Below, piece after piece: positions 41,675 through 51,678 of a stretch of DNA of 64,000 nt. Source of the DNA: Alphaproteobacteria bacterium (GTDB lineage: Bacteria > Pseudomonadota > Alphaproteobacteria > Bin95); NCBI GenBank assembly GCA_963665325.3, contig CAXXWS020000002.1:1-64000 (forward strand), in the 5' to 3' direction. The translations under genes and the position numbers were made by a program. How positions within the stretch are numbered: the first letter of the stretch is position 1; every line of letters starts with the position of its first letter. The notes under the pieces are model-generated. The model worked only from the letters and a program-made list of their open reading frames with translations. It made no database searches and was not told the origin of the DNA.

Positions 41675-42349
41675 TTACCAGGGCAGAGAGCGGCCTTGCC
41701 AGTCCAGGAAGGTTCCGGACTGCCTGTCGGTGAGCCGGTCCGCGATACGGCGCATGCCGCGGGCGCTTTCCTGCGGCGAAACCGGGGCGGCCCTCCCGCC
41801 CATGTCCGTGGCGACGTGGCCCGGATGGAGAATGGCGACCCGCACCCGGCCGGCAAGTTCGAACGCAACGGTGCGGGCCGCCATGTTGAGCGCGGCCTTG
41901 GAGCTGCTGTAGGCGTAGCGGCGCACGCCCGCAGCCTGGGCGATGGAACCGAGCTGGCTGGTGACGAAAACCATGGTGCGCCGTTCGCTTGCGGCGACAT
42001 GCTCCGCGAAGGCGGCCGCGAGCACCACCGGCGCAATCGTGTTGACGCGCAGGCACCGTGCCCACTCGTCGGTGTCCAGCGGCCGGGCGAGCGAGCGGGT
42101 GTTGGGCGAGTCCACGCCCGCATTGTTCCAGAGCACGTCGATACGCTCGTCTCGCCAGCGCTCTGCGAGCGCGGCGATGGCGCCGTCGTCGGTGACATCG
42201 AGGCAAGCCGCATCGGCGATGCCATCGAGGCCGGTCAGTGCCGCGGGGTCGCGGCACACGGCCAGAACTCGCCAGCCGTCGGCCAGATACTGGCCTGCAA
42301 GGGCGCGGCCGATGCCGCGTGCCGCGCCGGTAATCAGGGCCGTGGGCAC
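41675..42349 (-). CDS. Short-chain dehydrogenase (CsgA/C-factor-like)
   Basis: 'TGAARGIG', 'NNAG', '[10 protein letters not shown]', '[11 protein letters not shown]'. Confidence 0.9.
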   Translation of the reverse strand: MPTALITGAARGIGRALAGQYLADGWRVLAVCRDPAALTGLDGIADAACLDVTDDGAIAALAERWRDERIDVLWNNAGVDSPNTRSLARPLDTDEWARCLRVNTIAPVVLAAAFAEHVAASERRTMVFVTSQLGSIAQAAGVRRYAYSSSKAALNMAARTVAFELAGRVRVAILHPGHVATDMGGRAAPVSPQESARGMRRIADRLTDRQSGTFLDWQGRSLPW

Positions 42350-42723
42350 TGGGCCGTGACTTCGATCTCGATCTTCATGGCGGGATCGACCAGCCCGGCG
42401 ACGACGACCGCCGTGGCGGCCGGCCGGATGTCGCCGAAAACCTCTCCGAACACCGGCATGAGCGCGGCAAAGTCGGCGGCGTCGGTCAGGTAGTAGATGA
42501 CGCGCACGACATCCTCGAAGCCGGCGCCGGCCTCCGCCAGCGCGGCCTCGATAATTCCGAAGGCAAGGTGGGCCTGCTCGACGACATCATCAGGAATCGC
42601 ACCCGTCCCGGGGTCCGCACCGGTGGTACCCGCAACATGCACCCATCCGTCCTGCACCACGGCGCGGGAATAGCCGGCGGCCGCCTCGAAACGGCCGCCG
42701 GAGGAGATCAGCCGACGGGTCAC
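42334..42723 (-). CDS. RidA/YjgF family protein
   Basis: 'ISSG..FE...GYSRAV', 'VAGTTG', 'RPAAT', 'MKIEIEVTA'. Confidence 0.92.
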   Translation of the reverse strand: MTRRLISSGGRFEAAAGYSRAVVQDGWVHVAGTTGADPGTGAIPDDVVEQAHLAFGIIEAALAEAGAGFEDVVRVIYYLTDAADFAALMPVFGEVFGDIRPAATAVVVAGLVDPAMKIEIEVTAQCPRP

Positions 42724-43907
42724 GCCGCGCGTTCGATGGCCATCGCCGTCGCCTCGCCACCGCCGATGCAGATGGCTGCGACGCCCTTCGTCGCGCCGTC
42801 CTTCCGCATGGCGTTGATGAGCGTCGCCACGATCCGGGCGCCCGACGCGCCGACGGGGTGGCCGAGGGCGCAGGCGCCGCCATGGACGTTCACCTTCTCG
42901 GCCGGCAGCCCGAATTCGCGCATCGCCGCCATCGGCACCACCGCGAACGCTTCGTTGATCTCGTAGAACTCGACCTCGTCCTTGTCCCAGCCGGTCTTCT
43001 CGAACAGCTTCTTCATCGCGCCGATGGGCGCGGTGGTGAACCAGCGCGGCTCCTGGCTGTGCGAGGTATGGGCCACGATGGTAGCGAGCGGGGTGAGCCC
43101 CCGGCGCTCGGCCTCGGAACGACGCATCAGCACCAGCGCGGCCGCGCCGTCGGAAATCGAGCTGGAATTGGCGGGCGTCACCGATCCGTCCTTGGCGAAG
43201 GCCGGCCTCAGGCTCGGGATCTTCTCGATATTGGCGGAAAAGGGCTGTTCGTCCTGCTCAACGACTGATTCGCCGCGCCGGGTCTTCACCGTCATCGGCA
43301 CCATTTCGCCGGAGAAGGTGCCGTCCTCGTTCGCTACGCGGGCGCGGTTCAGCGACCGGATCGCAAATTCGTCCTGCTCTTCCCGGGTGAACTGGAAGTG
43401 CCGCGCCGTCTCCTCGGCGAAATGGCCCATGAGCGCGCCCGGCTCGTAAGCGTCCTCCAGGCCGTCCAGGAACATGGCGTCCTCGAAGCGGCCGTGGCCC
43501 ATGCGCATGCCGGCGCGCGCCTTCTCCACCATGTAGGGGACATTGGTCATGCTCTCGAAGCCGCCGGAGACCATGACATCGTTGGTGCCGGCGAGCAGCA
43601 GGTCGTGGCTCAGCATGGTGGCCTTCATGCCGGAGCCGCAGAGCTTGTTGATCGTGGTGGCGCCCGCCGATTTCGGGATCCCGGCGTGGATGGCGGCCTG
43701 GCGGGCCGGCCCCTGCCGCTGGCCGTGCGGCAGCACGCAGCCGAGGATCACCTCATCAACGTCATCCGCCGCGACGCCCGCGCTCTCAAGCGCGCCGGTA
43801 ATCGCGCGGGTGCCGAGTTCCGGCCCCGTCGCGTCCTTCAGTACGCCCTGGAAACTCCCCATCGGCGTGCGCGCCATGCCCACAATGACGACCGGATCCG
43901 CGTTCAT
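42720..43907 (-). CDS. Acetyl-CoA C-acyltransferase (thiolase)
   Basis: 'NKLCGSG', 'EINEAFA', '[10 protein letters not shown]', 'CIGGGEA'. Confidence 0.96.
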   Translation of the reverse strand: MNADPVVIVGMARTPMGSFQGVLKDATGPELGTRAITGALESAGVAADDVDEVILGCVLPHGQRQGPARQAAIHAGIPKSAGATTINKLCGSGMKATMLSHDLLLAGTNDVMVSGGFESMTNVPYMVEKARAGMRMGHGRFEDAMFLDGLEDAYEPGALMGHFAEETARHFQFTREEQDEFAIRSLNRARVANEDGTFSGEMVPMTVKTRRGESVVEQDEQPFSANIEKIPSLRPAFAKDGSVTPANSSSISDGAAALVLMRRSEAERRGLTPLATIVAHTSHSQEPRWFTTAPIGAMKKLFEKTGWDKDEVEFYEINEAFAVVPMAAMREFGLPAEKVNVHGGACALGHPVGASGARIVATLINAMRKDGATKGVAAICIGGGEATAMAIERAA

Positions 43908-44000
43908 GACTCACTCCTTTGTTGCGGTGCAGCATTCATCATATTGCGTCCGCCGCGCTTGTCCACTCCTCAGGCGCAATCGGTCGCAGGTGACGGCCGG

Positions 44001-44867
44001 TCAGTTGTTCGCGGCCCGCCGGCTCCATTCTATCCAGGAACCGTCGTAGAGGTGCAAGCGTTCCAGAGGATAGCCCATCAGGTAGAGCGCGAGCATCGGC
44101 GTGGCGGCGCGCACGCCGGAATGACAGTAGAAGATGTGGTCCTGCTCCGGCTCGAAGCCGGCCTGCCGGAGCAAAGCGCCGATTTCGGCGGCGGCCCGGA
44201 ACTCCGAGGGCCGGCCCTCATCCGCCCTGCGAAACGCCCGCCAGCCGATGAAGCGGGCCTGCCCGATGGGGCCCGTTTCCTTCCACTCCGGCGGGTCGCG
44301 CGCATCCCAGATATGGGTTCCCGCCTCCGGGCGGGCTTCGGAAACCTCGCCGATGCCGGCTGTCCAGCCGGCGAGCGCAGGCGCGGCGATGAAACTGCCG
44401 GCCTCCGGCGCCGCCCGGCCGGGTCCGCGTTCGACGGGATAGCCCGCCTCATCCCAGGCCCGCCAGCCGCCATCGAGTATCCTCACATCGGTCTTTCCAT
44501 AGAGCCGGAAAAGCCACCAGAGGCGCGCGGCATCGTAAGCGTTGTCGTAGACGACCACGGGGGTTTCGTCGTTTATGCCGAGCCCGCGGGCGAAGGCTTG
44601 GAAACGGGCCCGGTCCGCCGCCATGCCGTTACGGTCGGTATAGGCGCGGCGCGGGACGTGGCGCGCGCCGGGAATGTGGCCGAGCAGCCAGCGCCTCTTG
44701 CCGACAGTTCCGAGCACTACGGGGCCGGGGTCAGGACCGTCCAGCGCGGCTTTCAGTTCGGCGGCGGCAATCAGCGCATGGCCGCGCGGGAAGCCCTTGT
44801 ACCGTTCGGCATGCGCGGGGCTGCACAGGAGGGGAACGGCGAGTAGCAGGAGGATGGCGCGGAGCAT
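44001..44867 (-). CDS. Tandem-domain rhodanese/sulfurtransferase with signal peptide
   Basis: 'GHIPGA', 'AARLWW', 'LDGG', catalytic 'YCHSGVRA', 'YDGSWIEW'; hydrophobic N-terminus ending AHA. Confidence 0.88.
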   Translation of the reverse strand: MLRAILLLLAVPLLCSPAHAERYKGFPRGHALIAAAELKAALDGPDPGPVVLGTVGKRRWLLGHIPGARHVPRRAYTDRNGMAADRARFQAFARGLGINDETPVVVYDNAYDAARLWWLFRLYGKTDVRILDGGWRAWDEAGYPVERGPGRAAPEAGSFIAAPALAGWTAGIGEVSEARPEAGTHIWDARDPPEWKETGPIGQARFIGWRAFRRADEGRPSEFRAAAEIGALLRQAGFEPEQDHIFYCHSGVRAATPMLALYLMGYPLERLHLYDGSWIEWSRRAANN

Positions 44868-44901
44868 CGCTACCTCTGTTGCAGACCCCGGGGCGGCGAC
44901 T

Positions 44902-45264
44902 CTACGGCCCGCTGCCGAAGATATCGTAAAGCATGGCGGCGACTTCGCCTTCGAGCGGGAAGGAGAGCATGCCGAGCACGGAATATCCGAGCAGCCAAGG
45001 CATGACATAGAACCGGAACAGGAAGAAGAACCAGGCGACGAACAGCGGCACGACGGGGTCGATCAGGAAACCCGGCGTGATCGGCTTGAAGACCTTCAGG
45101 ATCGGGTCCGTCATCTTCACGAAGGCCTTCATGAAGAAGAAATCGGAGGTGACGGGCAGAAAGATGTTCATGGCGGAGCGGCCGACCAGGGTCCACATCG
45201 CTACGCCCAGAACATAATCCAGAAGCACCACCCAGCCGGGCAGCGTGTGTGCGAGGCTATCCAT
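44902..45264 (-). CDS. YggT-like membrane protein
   Basis: Three hydrophobic segments and 'TDPI....ITP' motif; follows the SSS transporter. Confidence 0.7.
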   Translation of the reverse strand: MDSLAHTLPGWVVLLDYVLGVAMWTLVGRSAMNIFLPVTSDFFFMKAFVKMTDPILKVFKPITPGFLIDPVVPLFVAWFFFLFRFYVMPWLLGYSVLGMLSFPLEGEVAAMLYDIFGSGP

Positions 45265-45348
45265 GCCGCCTCGCCCGGCAACCTGTGGACGCGGATGGAG
45301 GCGGGGCCGAAGCCCCGCCTCCTTTAGCGCGCGAAGACCGGTCTGCGG

Positions 45349-47166
45349 TCAATGCGTCTCCGCCAGGATCGAATCGCCCGTCGGGATACGGGTTTCATCC
45401 ACCATGGCCTGCGTTTCCGCATCCGGCTCCGGTGTCATCAGCGACACCACCACCATCGTCACCAGCGACACCGGCATGCCGATCATGCCGAAGCGCAGAT
45501 GGTCGATGGACCAGAGCTGAGCTCCGCCGCCATACACATGGTAGAGGTAGATCGACCCCGCCAGGAAGCCGGCGATCATGCCGGCTATGGCGCCCTGCCG
45601 ATTGGCCCTCTTCCACCAGATGCCGAGCACCAGCGGGAAGAACAGCCCCGAGCAGGCGAAGCAGAACGCCCATGCCACCGCGCCCAGGATACCGGTGAGC
45701 TTCAGCGAAGCCACAGCGGCAGCCAACACGCCGATACCGACCAGCAGCACGCGGGCCACAATCAGGCGGCGGCGCGTATCGGCCTGCGGGTCGATGATCT
45801 TGTAGTAGAGATCGTGGCTGAGCGCATTGGCGATCGCCAGCAGCAAGCCGTCGGCGGTGGACATGGCAGCCGCCATGCCGCCAGCCGCGACCAGGCCGGA
45901 GATCACATAGGGCAGGCCGGCGATCTCCGGAGTGGCCAGCACGACGATGTCGGGCCGCATGAAGAACTCGTTGAGCTGCACGATGCCGTCGCCGCTCTGG
46001 TCGACGACCGACAGCATGCCCACGGCCGACCAGTTCTTCACCCACTCCAGCGCCATTACATCTTCCACCGCCTTGCCGACCACCGCAGTGGCGAGGGTCG
46101 GGTCCAGCAGCTGCAGCTTCGTCAGCGTGGCGAGAGCCGGCGCCGAGAAATACAGCAGGAAGATGAAGAACAGCGACCAACCGACCGACTTGCGCGCCTG
46201 GCGCACCGACGGCGTCGTGAAATACCGCATAAGGATATGCGGCAGCGACGCCGTGCCGGCCATCATGCATAGCGCCAGCGTCACGAACTTCCAGCTGTCG
46301 AGCGAGGTTTGCGGGTCGAAATGCGCTGTCGTCAGCACTTTCAGCCCCGCTACGGCCTCGGCCGCCGGCTGCAGTCCGTACTCCGCCTCGAGCTGGGCTA
46401 TCCGCTGTGCGGCCTCGCCGTAGCCGAAATGCGGAATGATGCCGAAGCCCTGTTCGTTCGACATCCAGATCAACGGCACCAGATAGGCGATGATGAGCAC
46501 GATATACTGCGCCACCTGCGTCCAGGTCACGCCGCGCATGCCGCCCAGCATGGAGCAGAGCAGGATACCCAGCAGTCCGAACCACACGCCGAACTCGAAC
46601 GGGATGGAGAGCGCCCGCGCCGCGATCGTGCCGGTGGCGTTGATCTGCGCCGTCACATAGGTGAAGGACGCCACCACGAGAACGAAGACCGCGCAGAACC
46701 GCGCCAGGTTGCCGCCGTAACGGGTGCCGATGAAGTCAGGCACCGTGTAGCAGCCGAACTTGCGCAGATAGGGCGCCATCAGCGCGTTGACCAGCACATA
46801 GCCGCCGGTCCAGCCGATGACGAAGCCCAGATAGGGATAGCCGCCGAAATAGATGCCGCCGGCAAGCGCCACGAAGGACGCGCCGGACATCCAGTCCGCC
46901 GCCGTCGCCATGCCGTTGTAGAGGGCCGGGACCTCCCGTCCCGCGACGTAATAGGCATCTACCTGCATGGTGCGCGACAGCCAGCCGATGGTGGCGTAGA
47001 TCGCGAGGGTGAAGAGCAGGAACAGCACGCCGATGGTCCTGGCGCCGGCGCCGAACTGCTCGATAATGGCCATGAGGGCGAAGAAGGCGAGGAAACCCAG
47101 CGTGTACAAGCCGTACACCTTCCCCAGCTTATCGACGAACCTCGTGCCTTGCGCTTGTGCGTTCAT
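45349..47166 (-). CDS. Sodium:solute symporter, ActP-related (VC_2705 subfamily)
   Basis: 'YYVAGR.VP..YNGMATAADWMSGASF', 'GTASLPHILMRYFTTP', 'AAAMSTADGLLL'. Confidence 0.93.
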   Translation of the reverse strand: MNAQAQGTRFVDKLGKVYGLYTLGFLAFFALMAIIEQFGAGARTIGVLFLLFTLAIYATIGWLSRTMQVDAYYVAGREVPALYNGMATAADWMSGASFVALAGGIYFGGYPYLGFVIGWTGGYVLVNALMAPYLRKFGCYTVPDFIGTRYGGNLARFCAVFVLVVASFTYVTAQINATGTIAARALSIPFEFGVWFGLLGILLCSMLGGMRGVTWTQVAQYIVLIIAYLVPLIWMSNEQGFGIIPHFGYGEAAQRIAQLEAEYGLQPAAEAVAGLKVLTTAHFDPQTSLDSWKFVTLALCMMAGTASLPHILMRYFTTPSVRQARKSVGWSLFFIFLLYFSAPALATLTKLQLLDPTLATAVVGKAVEDVMALEWVKNWSAVGMLSVVDQSGDGIVQLNEFFMRPDIVVLATPEIAGLPYVISGLVAAGGMAAAMSTADGLLLAIANALSHDLYYKIIDPQADTRRRLIVARVLLVGIGVLAAAVASLKLTGILGAVAWAFCFACSGLFFPLVLGIWWKRANRQGAIAGMIAGFLAGSIYLYHVYGGGAQLWSIDHLRFGMIGMPVSLVTMVVVSLMTPEPDAETQAMVDETRIPTGDSILAETH

Positions 47167-47178
47167 GAGCCGCTCCCC

Positions 47179-47442
47179 TTACTCTTCGGCCACCCCGTGC
47201 TCTTCGTCGATATTGTCCTGGAAGATGTTTTGGACAACGATCAGAAGCACGAAGATGATCAGCGAGCCCTGTACTATGAAATAGTAACCGAGCGGGAATC
47301 CGAGGAAGGACGCCCCGTCTAAGTCCTTGGCGAACCATGGCACCACGTATCCGAACAGGAACCAGATCGCCAAGACTATATAGGTTAGGGTGGACGTCTT
47401 CCTCCAGTGAGATTGCCGAGTTTCGGCGCTAACTTCCGCCAT
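47179..47442 (-). CDS. DUF4212 small membrane partner of the SSS transporter
   Basis: 'HW.KT..L....LAIWF', 'GFPLGYY...QGSLI.FV'. Confidence 0.88.
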   Translation of the reverse strand: MAEVSAETRQSHWRKTSTLTYIVLAIWFLFGYVVPWFAKDLDGASFLGFPLGYYFIVQGSLIIFVLLIVVQNIFQDNIDEEHGVAEE

Positions 47443-47582
47443 GCGTCTCTCTCCCCTTCCTTTTTGTTGTTCGGACGTCGGCCTCCCCAGCCTTTCCGAT
47501 CGGCACTCAGGACATATTCTCAGGATCGGGGATACCATACCGCACCGAGCCACAGTCGCCTATAATCGAGATTCCTGCGCCT

Positions 47583-48266
47583 GTGAACCCGAAAAAAGCG
47601 GATATGTTGCGCAAGAGCGTCGTCGGTCTTGGAGCAATTGTGGAAAGATTTCGTCCGCGTTTCGAGCGCCACAGGCTCGATACGCCGGATACGCTTGCCG
47701 ACTTTCTGCGCACCCGCTCTTCCTATGTCGCGCAGACCGCGCTGTACGGTTATCTGAAGACGCGAATGGGTACGAGCTACCGGAGTTATTTTGAGGATGA
47801 CACCTTCTCGGCCTCGATCCGCACGGCTGCCCAGAAGCTTTTTCTGTCCTGTCTTGCGGATCTGACAGTATTTGCGGCGGCGCTCTCTGAAAGGGACGGC
47901 GCGCTGCCGCGTGGCGGAGCGGTAGCGCTGGCGCTGCGTTGTTTCCGGCAGGCGGCGGAGCACAGCCTTGCCGAAGCGGGCGCCGGTCCGGTGCCGGCCG
48001 ACACGCTGGAGCGATTCGCCCTGCGTGTGCGGGCAATCGACTGGGCGGCGGCGGCGGAAGGCCGGCACGCCTTTGCGGGCAGCGAGGCCGATCTGGTGCG
48101 ATTCGCGCCGGTCATCGACGAATACAAGGAGCTTGACCGCGAGATCGTGACGAACTCGATCCGGTTCCGCTGGCGCGACGTGCGCGACCAGCTTCGCCGC
48201 CGGCTCGACGCCCCGGCGCTGGGCGGCGCCATGCGGCAGGACGGCGCCGCCGCGTCAGACTGCTGA
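47583..48266 (+). CDS. Conserved hypothetical protein
   Basis: 'FLRTRSSYVAQT.LYGYLKTRMGT.Y...FEDD.F', 'D.EIV.NSIRFRW'; globular composition; start uncertain. Confidence 0.7.
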   Translation: MNPKKADMLRKSVVGLGAIVERFRPRFERHRLDTPDTLADFLRTRSSYVAQTALYGYLKTRMGTSYRSYFEDDTFSASIRTAAQKLFLSCLADLTVFAAALSERDGALPRGGAVALALRCFRQAAEHSLAEAGAGPVPADTLERFALRVRAIDWAAAAEGRHAFAGSEADLVRFAPVIDEYKELDREIVTNSIRFRWRDVRDQLRRRLDAPALGGAMRQDGAAASDC

Positions 48267-49640
48267 AGCGCCGCCCCGGTCCGATGGACTGTCCTGCTTC
48301 GGATGCAATTGCCTGCCCGCGACCCAGCTTGCGCGGACGACGCGGTCGTCGCCCAGGATCATCAGGGCGAGCAGCGTGTCGGCGAGCGTCTCGCTGAGGG
48401 CGTCGCGCGCGGCGAGAAGCGGCGTTGCGCAGGGATCGAGCACGACGAGGTCGGCGTAACGGCCCGGCTCAAGCCGTCCGATTTCGTCCTCCAGGCCCAG
48501 CGCTTCGGCATTGCCGAGGGTCGCCAGGTAGAAGGCGCGCTCCGGCGATAGCCGCCGTCCCCGCAGTAGCGCGGTGCGATAGGCGGAACCGAGGGTCGCG
48601 GGGAGGGAATAGCTGGTGCCGCCGCCGATGTCGGTGGCGACGGCGAGACGGGGCGCGGCGTTTCCGGCGGCCGGTGAATAGGGCCCGATATCGAACAGGC
48701 CCGAGCCCAGGAAGGCATTCGAGGTCGGGCAGTGGACCACCGCCGAGCCGGCTTCGCCCAGCCGCTCGCGTTCGCGCGCCGAAAGGTGGACGCCGTGGGC
48801 AAACAGGCTCTGCGGCCCCAGCAGGCCGAAGCGGTCGTAAACGTCGGTGTAGTCGGCGCAGTCCGGGAACAGCCGGGCCACTTCGGCGATTTCCTCCTGC
48901 GTCTCGGACAGGTGCGTTTGCATCAGCGCGTCCGGATAGCTCTTGAGGAACTCGCCGCCGGCGGCTAGCTGCGCCGCCCCCGATGTAACGGCGAAGCGGG
49001 GCGAGAGCGCATAGCGCAGGCGCCCCCGCCCGTGCCAGCGGGCATAGAGCCGCTCGCTTGCGCGCAGCCCGGTTTCGGCGTCGTCGCGGAGTGCTGCGGG
49101 CGCGCCCCGGTCCATGAGGGTCTTGCCGGCGGCGAGCGCCATGCCCCGGCGTTCCGCGGCCACGAACAGCCGGTCGGCGGCCTCCTCGTGGACCGTGGAG
49201 AAGACAAGCGTGGCGGTGGTGCCGTGGGCCAGCAGGAGGTCGAGGAAAGTCTCGGCCGCCGCCGCGGCATGGTCCGCATCCGCATAGCGCTGCTCTTCCG
49301 GGAAGGCGAAGCGGTCCAGCCAGTCCAGGAGGCCGCGGCCTCCTGCGGCGACGATGCGGTATTGGGGGAAGTGGACATGCGGGTCGACAAATCCCGGCAG
49401 GACCAGGCATCGGCCGTAATCCCGCTCCGGCGCGTCGGCAAAGTCCGCAGGCAGGTCGGCGGCAGCGCCCCTCCAGGCGATGCGGCCCTGCCTCAGCGCG
49501 AGCGCGCCGGCGGGAAGATCGCGGACGGCGGCGCTGCCGAGCGCCGCCGGGTCGCCGGACCAGTCGATCAGGCGTCCCAGAACGACGCAATCCGCGCCGT
49601 TCCGGGAAGATGGGCCGCTACTGGGGCAGCTTGTCGTCAA
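48255..49640 (-). CDS. guaD: Guanine deaminase
   Basis: 'PGFVD.HVHFPQ', 'LLDWL..F.FPEE', 'SPRFA', 'QTHLSE', 'HCPTSN.FLGSG', 'TDIGGGTS'; start uncertain. Confidence 0.9.
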   Translation of the reverse strand: MTTSCPSSGPSSRNGADCVVLGRLIDWSGDPAALGSAAVRDLPAGALALRQGRIAWRGAAADLPADFADAPERDYGRCLVLPGFVDPHVHFPQYRIVAAGGRGLLDWLDRFAFPEEQRYADADHAAAAAETFLDLLLAHGTTATLVFSTVHEEAADRLFVAAERRGMALAAGKTLMDRGAPAALRDDAETGLRASERLYARWHGRGRLRYALSPRFAVTSGAAQLAAGGEFLKSYPDALMQTHLSETQEEIAEVARLFPDCADYTDVYDRFGLLGPQSLFAHGVHLSARERERLGEAGSAVVHCPTSNAFLGSGLFDIGPYSPAAGNAAPRLAVATDIGGGTSYSLPATLGSAYRTALLRGRRLSPERAFYLATLGNAEALGLEDEIGRLEPGRYADLVVLDPCATPLLAARDALSETLADTLLALMILGDDRVVRASWVAGRQLHPKQDSPSDRGGASAV

Positions 49641-50682
49641 CGCCCTTCACATACCAGTTCATGCCGAGCAGCATGCCGTCATCGGCCCGCTCGCCCTCTG
49701 CGATGCGGAGCTTGCCCTCCTGGTCGTGGATCGGGCCGGTGAAGGGATGGAACTCGCCCGAGCGGATCTTCGCCTCCATCGCGGCGGCGTCCGCGGCGAC
49801 ATCCTCCGGCAGGTCGGTGTAGGGGGCCATGACCACCATGTCGGCGTCGAACCCGCCCCACACGTCGCCCGATTCCCATGTCCCGTCGAGAACGGCCTTC
49901 ACGCGGGCGATGTAATAGGCGCTCCAGTCGTCGATGATCGCGGTGTAGTGGGCGCCGGGCGCGAACGCATCCATGTCGGAGGCCTGGCCGAAACCGTGCA
50001 CGCCGCGCTCGCCGGCGATCTGGATCGGCGCCGGGCTGTCGGTGTGCTGCGTGATGATGTCGGCGCCCTGGTCGATCAGCGCCTTGGCCGCGTCGGCCTC
50101 CTTGCCGGGATCGAACCAGGTGTTCACCCAGACGATCTTCAGCTTGAAGTCGGGGTTGACCGACTGCGCCCCGAGCAGGAAGGCATTGATGCCGCGCACA
50201 ACTTCGGGAATCGGGAAGGACGCCACATAGCCCGCAACGCCCGACTTGGACATCTTCGCCGCGATCTGGCCGATGACATAGCGGCCCTCATAGAAGCGCG
50301 CGGAGTAGGTCGCGACATTGTCGGCCCGCTTGTAGCCCGTGCCATGCTCGAACTTCACGTCCGGAAAGCGCTTGGCGACCTTGATCGTCGGGTTCATGAA
50401 GCCGAATGAGGTCGTGAAGATGATGTCCGCACCCTCGCGCGCAAACCGCTCGATGGCGCGCTCGGCGTCCGGGCCCTCCGCCACGTTCTCGACATAGAGG
50501 GTCTCGACCTTGTCGCCGAAGGCCTTCTCCACGGCGAGGCGGCCCTGGTCGTGCTGGTAGGTCCAGCCATGGTCGCCGATCGGGCCCACATAAACGAACG
50601 CCGCCTTGACGGGATCGGCGGCCTGGGCGGCCGGAAACGCCAGCGCCATGGCGAAGGCGGCGAGGATGGTAGCTCTCAACAT
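49618..50682 (-). CDS. BMP-family purine/nucleoside ABC transporter substrate-binding protein
   Basis: Signal peptide; 'FVYVGPIGDHGWTYQHDQGR', 'TTSFGFM', 'QHTDSPA'. Confidence 0.92.
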   Translation of the reverse strand: MLRATILAAFAMALAFPAAQAADPVKAAFVYVGPIGDHGWTYQHDQGRLAVEKAFGDKVETLYVENVAEGPDAERAIERFAREGADIIFTTSFGFMNPTIKVAKRFPDVKFEHGTGYKRADNVATYSARFYEGRYVIGQIAAKMSKSGVAGYVASFPIPEVVRGINAFLLGAQSVNPDFKLKIVWVNTWFDPGKEADAAKALIDQGADIITQHTDSPAPIQIAGERGVHGFGQASDMDAFAPGAHYTAIIDDWSAYYIARVKAVLDGTWESGDVWGGFDADMVVMAPYTDLPEDVAADAAAMEAKIRSGEFHPFTGPIHDQEGKLRIAEGERADDGMLLGMNWYVKGVDDKLPQ

Positions 50683-50757
50683 TCCCTGTTCTCCAACTGG
50701 GCCCGAGGGCCGTATTTCCATGCCCGGCCGGTCGGGAGCACCGGGAGACGGCGGCCC

Positions 50758-51678
50758 CTACCGGTCGGGGACGAAGACCTGTCCGAGACATGCCGGCGAG
50801 TCGTTTCTCGCCCTCCATCGGTCGCGCGAGAGTATCACCAGCGCCGCGATCGTCGCAATATATGGCAGGGCCGAAAGGAACTGCGACGGCAGCGGGATTC
50901 CTTCAGCCTGTGCATGAAATTGGAGGATGAGCGCGCCGCCGAAGAGATAGGCCCCGATGGCGGCGCGCAGCGGCATCCAGCTTGCGAACACCACGAGCGC
51001 GAGCGCGATCCAGCCCCGCCCGGCGGTCATGCCCTCGACCCATTGCGGCGTGTAGGCGAGCGAAAGATAGCCGCCCGCCAGCCCGGAACAGGCCCCGCCG
51101 AACAACACTGCCAGGAAGCGCGTGCGAATGACGTGCACGCCGAGCATGTGAGCGGATCCGTGGTTGTTGCCGACGGCGCGAAGCGCAAGGCCGGCGCGCG
51201 TATGGAAAAGGAAGCGGGAGACGCATACCGCCAGCGCAACCGAGACATAGACCAGCGGATCCTGCCCGAACAGGACGGTCCCGACCACCGGCAGGTCGGT
51301 CAGGAACGGGATGTCGATCCGCTCGAGCCTGAGGCCCGGCTGGCCGATGAACGCCTCTCCGATCATGCCCGAGAGGCCGAGCCCGAGCAGGGTGAGCGCG
51401 AGCCCGGAGGCGACTTGGTTGGCCGCAAGCCGCAGCACCAGGAAGCCGAACAGGCTGGCAAGCGCCATGCCGCCGGCCATGGCGGCGCACGCTCCCAGAT
51501 AAGGCGAGCCCGTCAATTGGGCGCCGGCGAAGCCCGTTACGGCCCCGACGATCATCATGCCCTCGACGCCGAGATTGAGGACGCCCGAGCGCTCTGTCAC
51601 CAGTTCGCCGAGCGCTGCGATCAGCAGCGGAGTCGCCGCGGTGACGATGGTGAGGATGACCGCCTCGAAGCCGGTCAC
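50758..51678 (-). CDS. Nucleoside/purine ABC transporter permease
   Basis: 'ATPLLIAALGELVTERSGVLNLGVEGMM', 'TAGRGWIALALVVF'. Confidence 0.92.
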   Translation of the reverse strand: MTGFEAVILTIVTAATPLLIAALGELVTERSGVLNLGVEGMMIVGAVTGFAGAQLTGSPYLGACAAMAGGMALASLFGFLVLRLAANQVASGLALTLLGLGLSGMIGEAFIGQPGLRLERIDIPFLTDLPVVGTVLFGQDPLVYVSVALAVCVSRFLFHTRAGLALRAVGNNHGSAHMLGVHVIRTRFLAVLFGGACSGLAGGYLSLAYTPQWVEGMTAGRGWIALALVVFASWMPLRAAIGAYLFGGALILQFHAQAEGIPLPSQFLSALPYIATIAALVILSRDRWRARNDSPACLGQVFVPDR

